A DNA stretch of 64,000 bases from Pocillopora damicornis (Eukaryota): assembly GCF_003704095.1 (NCBI RefSeq), contig NW_020845961.1, positions 124,001 to 188,000 of the forward strand. The letters are read 5' to 3'. Position 1 is the stretch's first letter. Every line of letters begins with the position of its first letter. A program made the position numbers and the translations under genes. The notes beneath the pieces were generated by a model that ran no database searches, was not told where the DNA came from, and worked only from the letters and a program-made list of their open reading frames with translations. Shown piece by piece: positions 63,925-64,000 of this stretch.

Positions 63925-64000
63925 TAGGGAGGCGGTGAGGCTGAGAGGTAAGGGTGCTGGATTTGTAATCTGGTGGTCCCAGGTTAAGTCCTCCATCCAG
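63925..64000 (+). mobile_element. tRNA-derived SINE head, truncated by the window edge
   Basis: ggaggcggtgaggctgagaggtaagggtgctggatttgtaatctggtggtcccaggttaagtcct has degenerate A/B boxes and an anticodon-like arm. Confidence 0.5.

Overview
AT-rich, intron-containing animal genomic DNA, most likely a stony coral (inferred from repeat families and gene types, not proven). I built eight spliced gene models by hand with phase-consistent junctions: an ERK3/ERK4-like atypical MAPK (+), PTPN9/PTP-MEG2 (-, 11 coding exons, one probable GC-AG intron), two divergently oriented paralogous secreted PAN/apple + fibrinogen-like proteins, RPL36 (-) head-to-head with PGM3 (+), and 23-exon NARS1 (-) head-to-head with POLG (+, runs off the window end). 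Introns and spacers hold TTAA-ended MITEs, tRNA-derived SINE-like elements, Penelope-type short repeats with minimal hammerhead ribozyme motifs, a LINE tail, a minisatellite and a ~1 kb tandem duplication. Two CpG-rich spacers (6.9-9.4 kb and 28.4-32.3 kb) look like decayed genes, tentatively ZP-domain-like and astacin-like. There is a 100-N scaffold gap at 36909-37008. I cannot demonstrate a wholly new system. The best leads are the MAPK with an intermediate T-H-S/SPE activation segment, the hammerhead-bearing insertions, and the permuted tRNA-Thr(GGT)-like tandem element.
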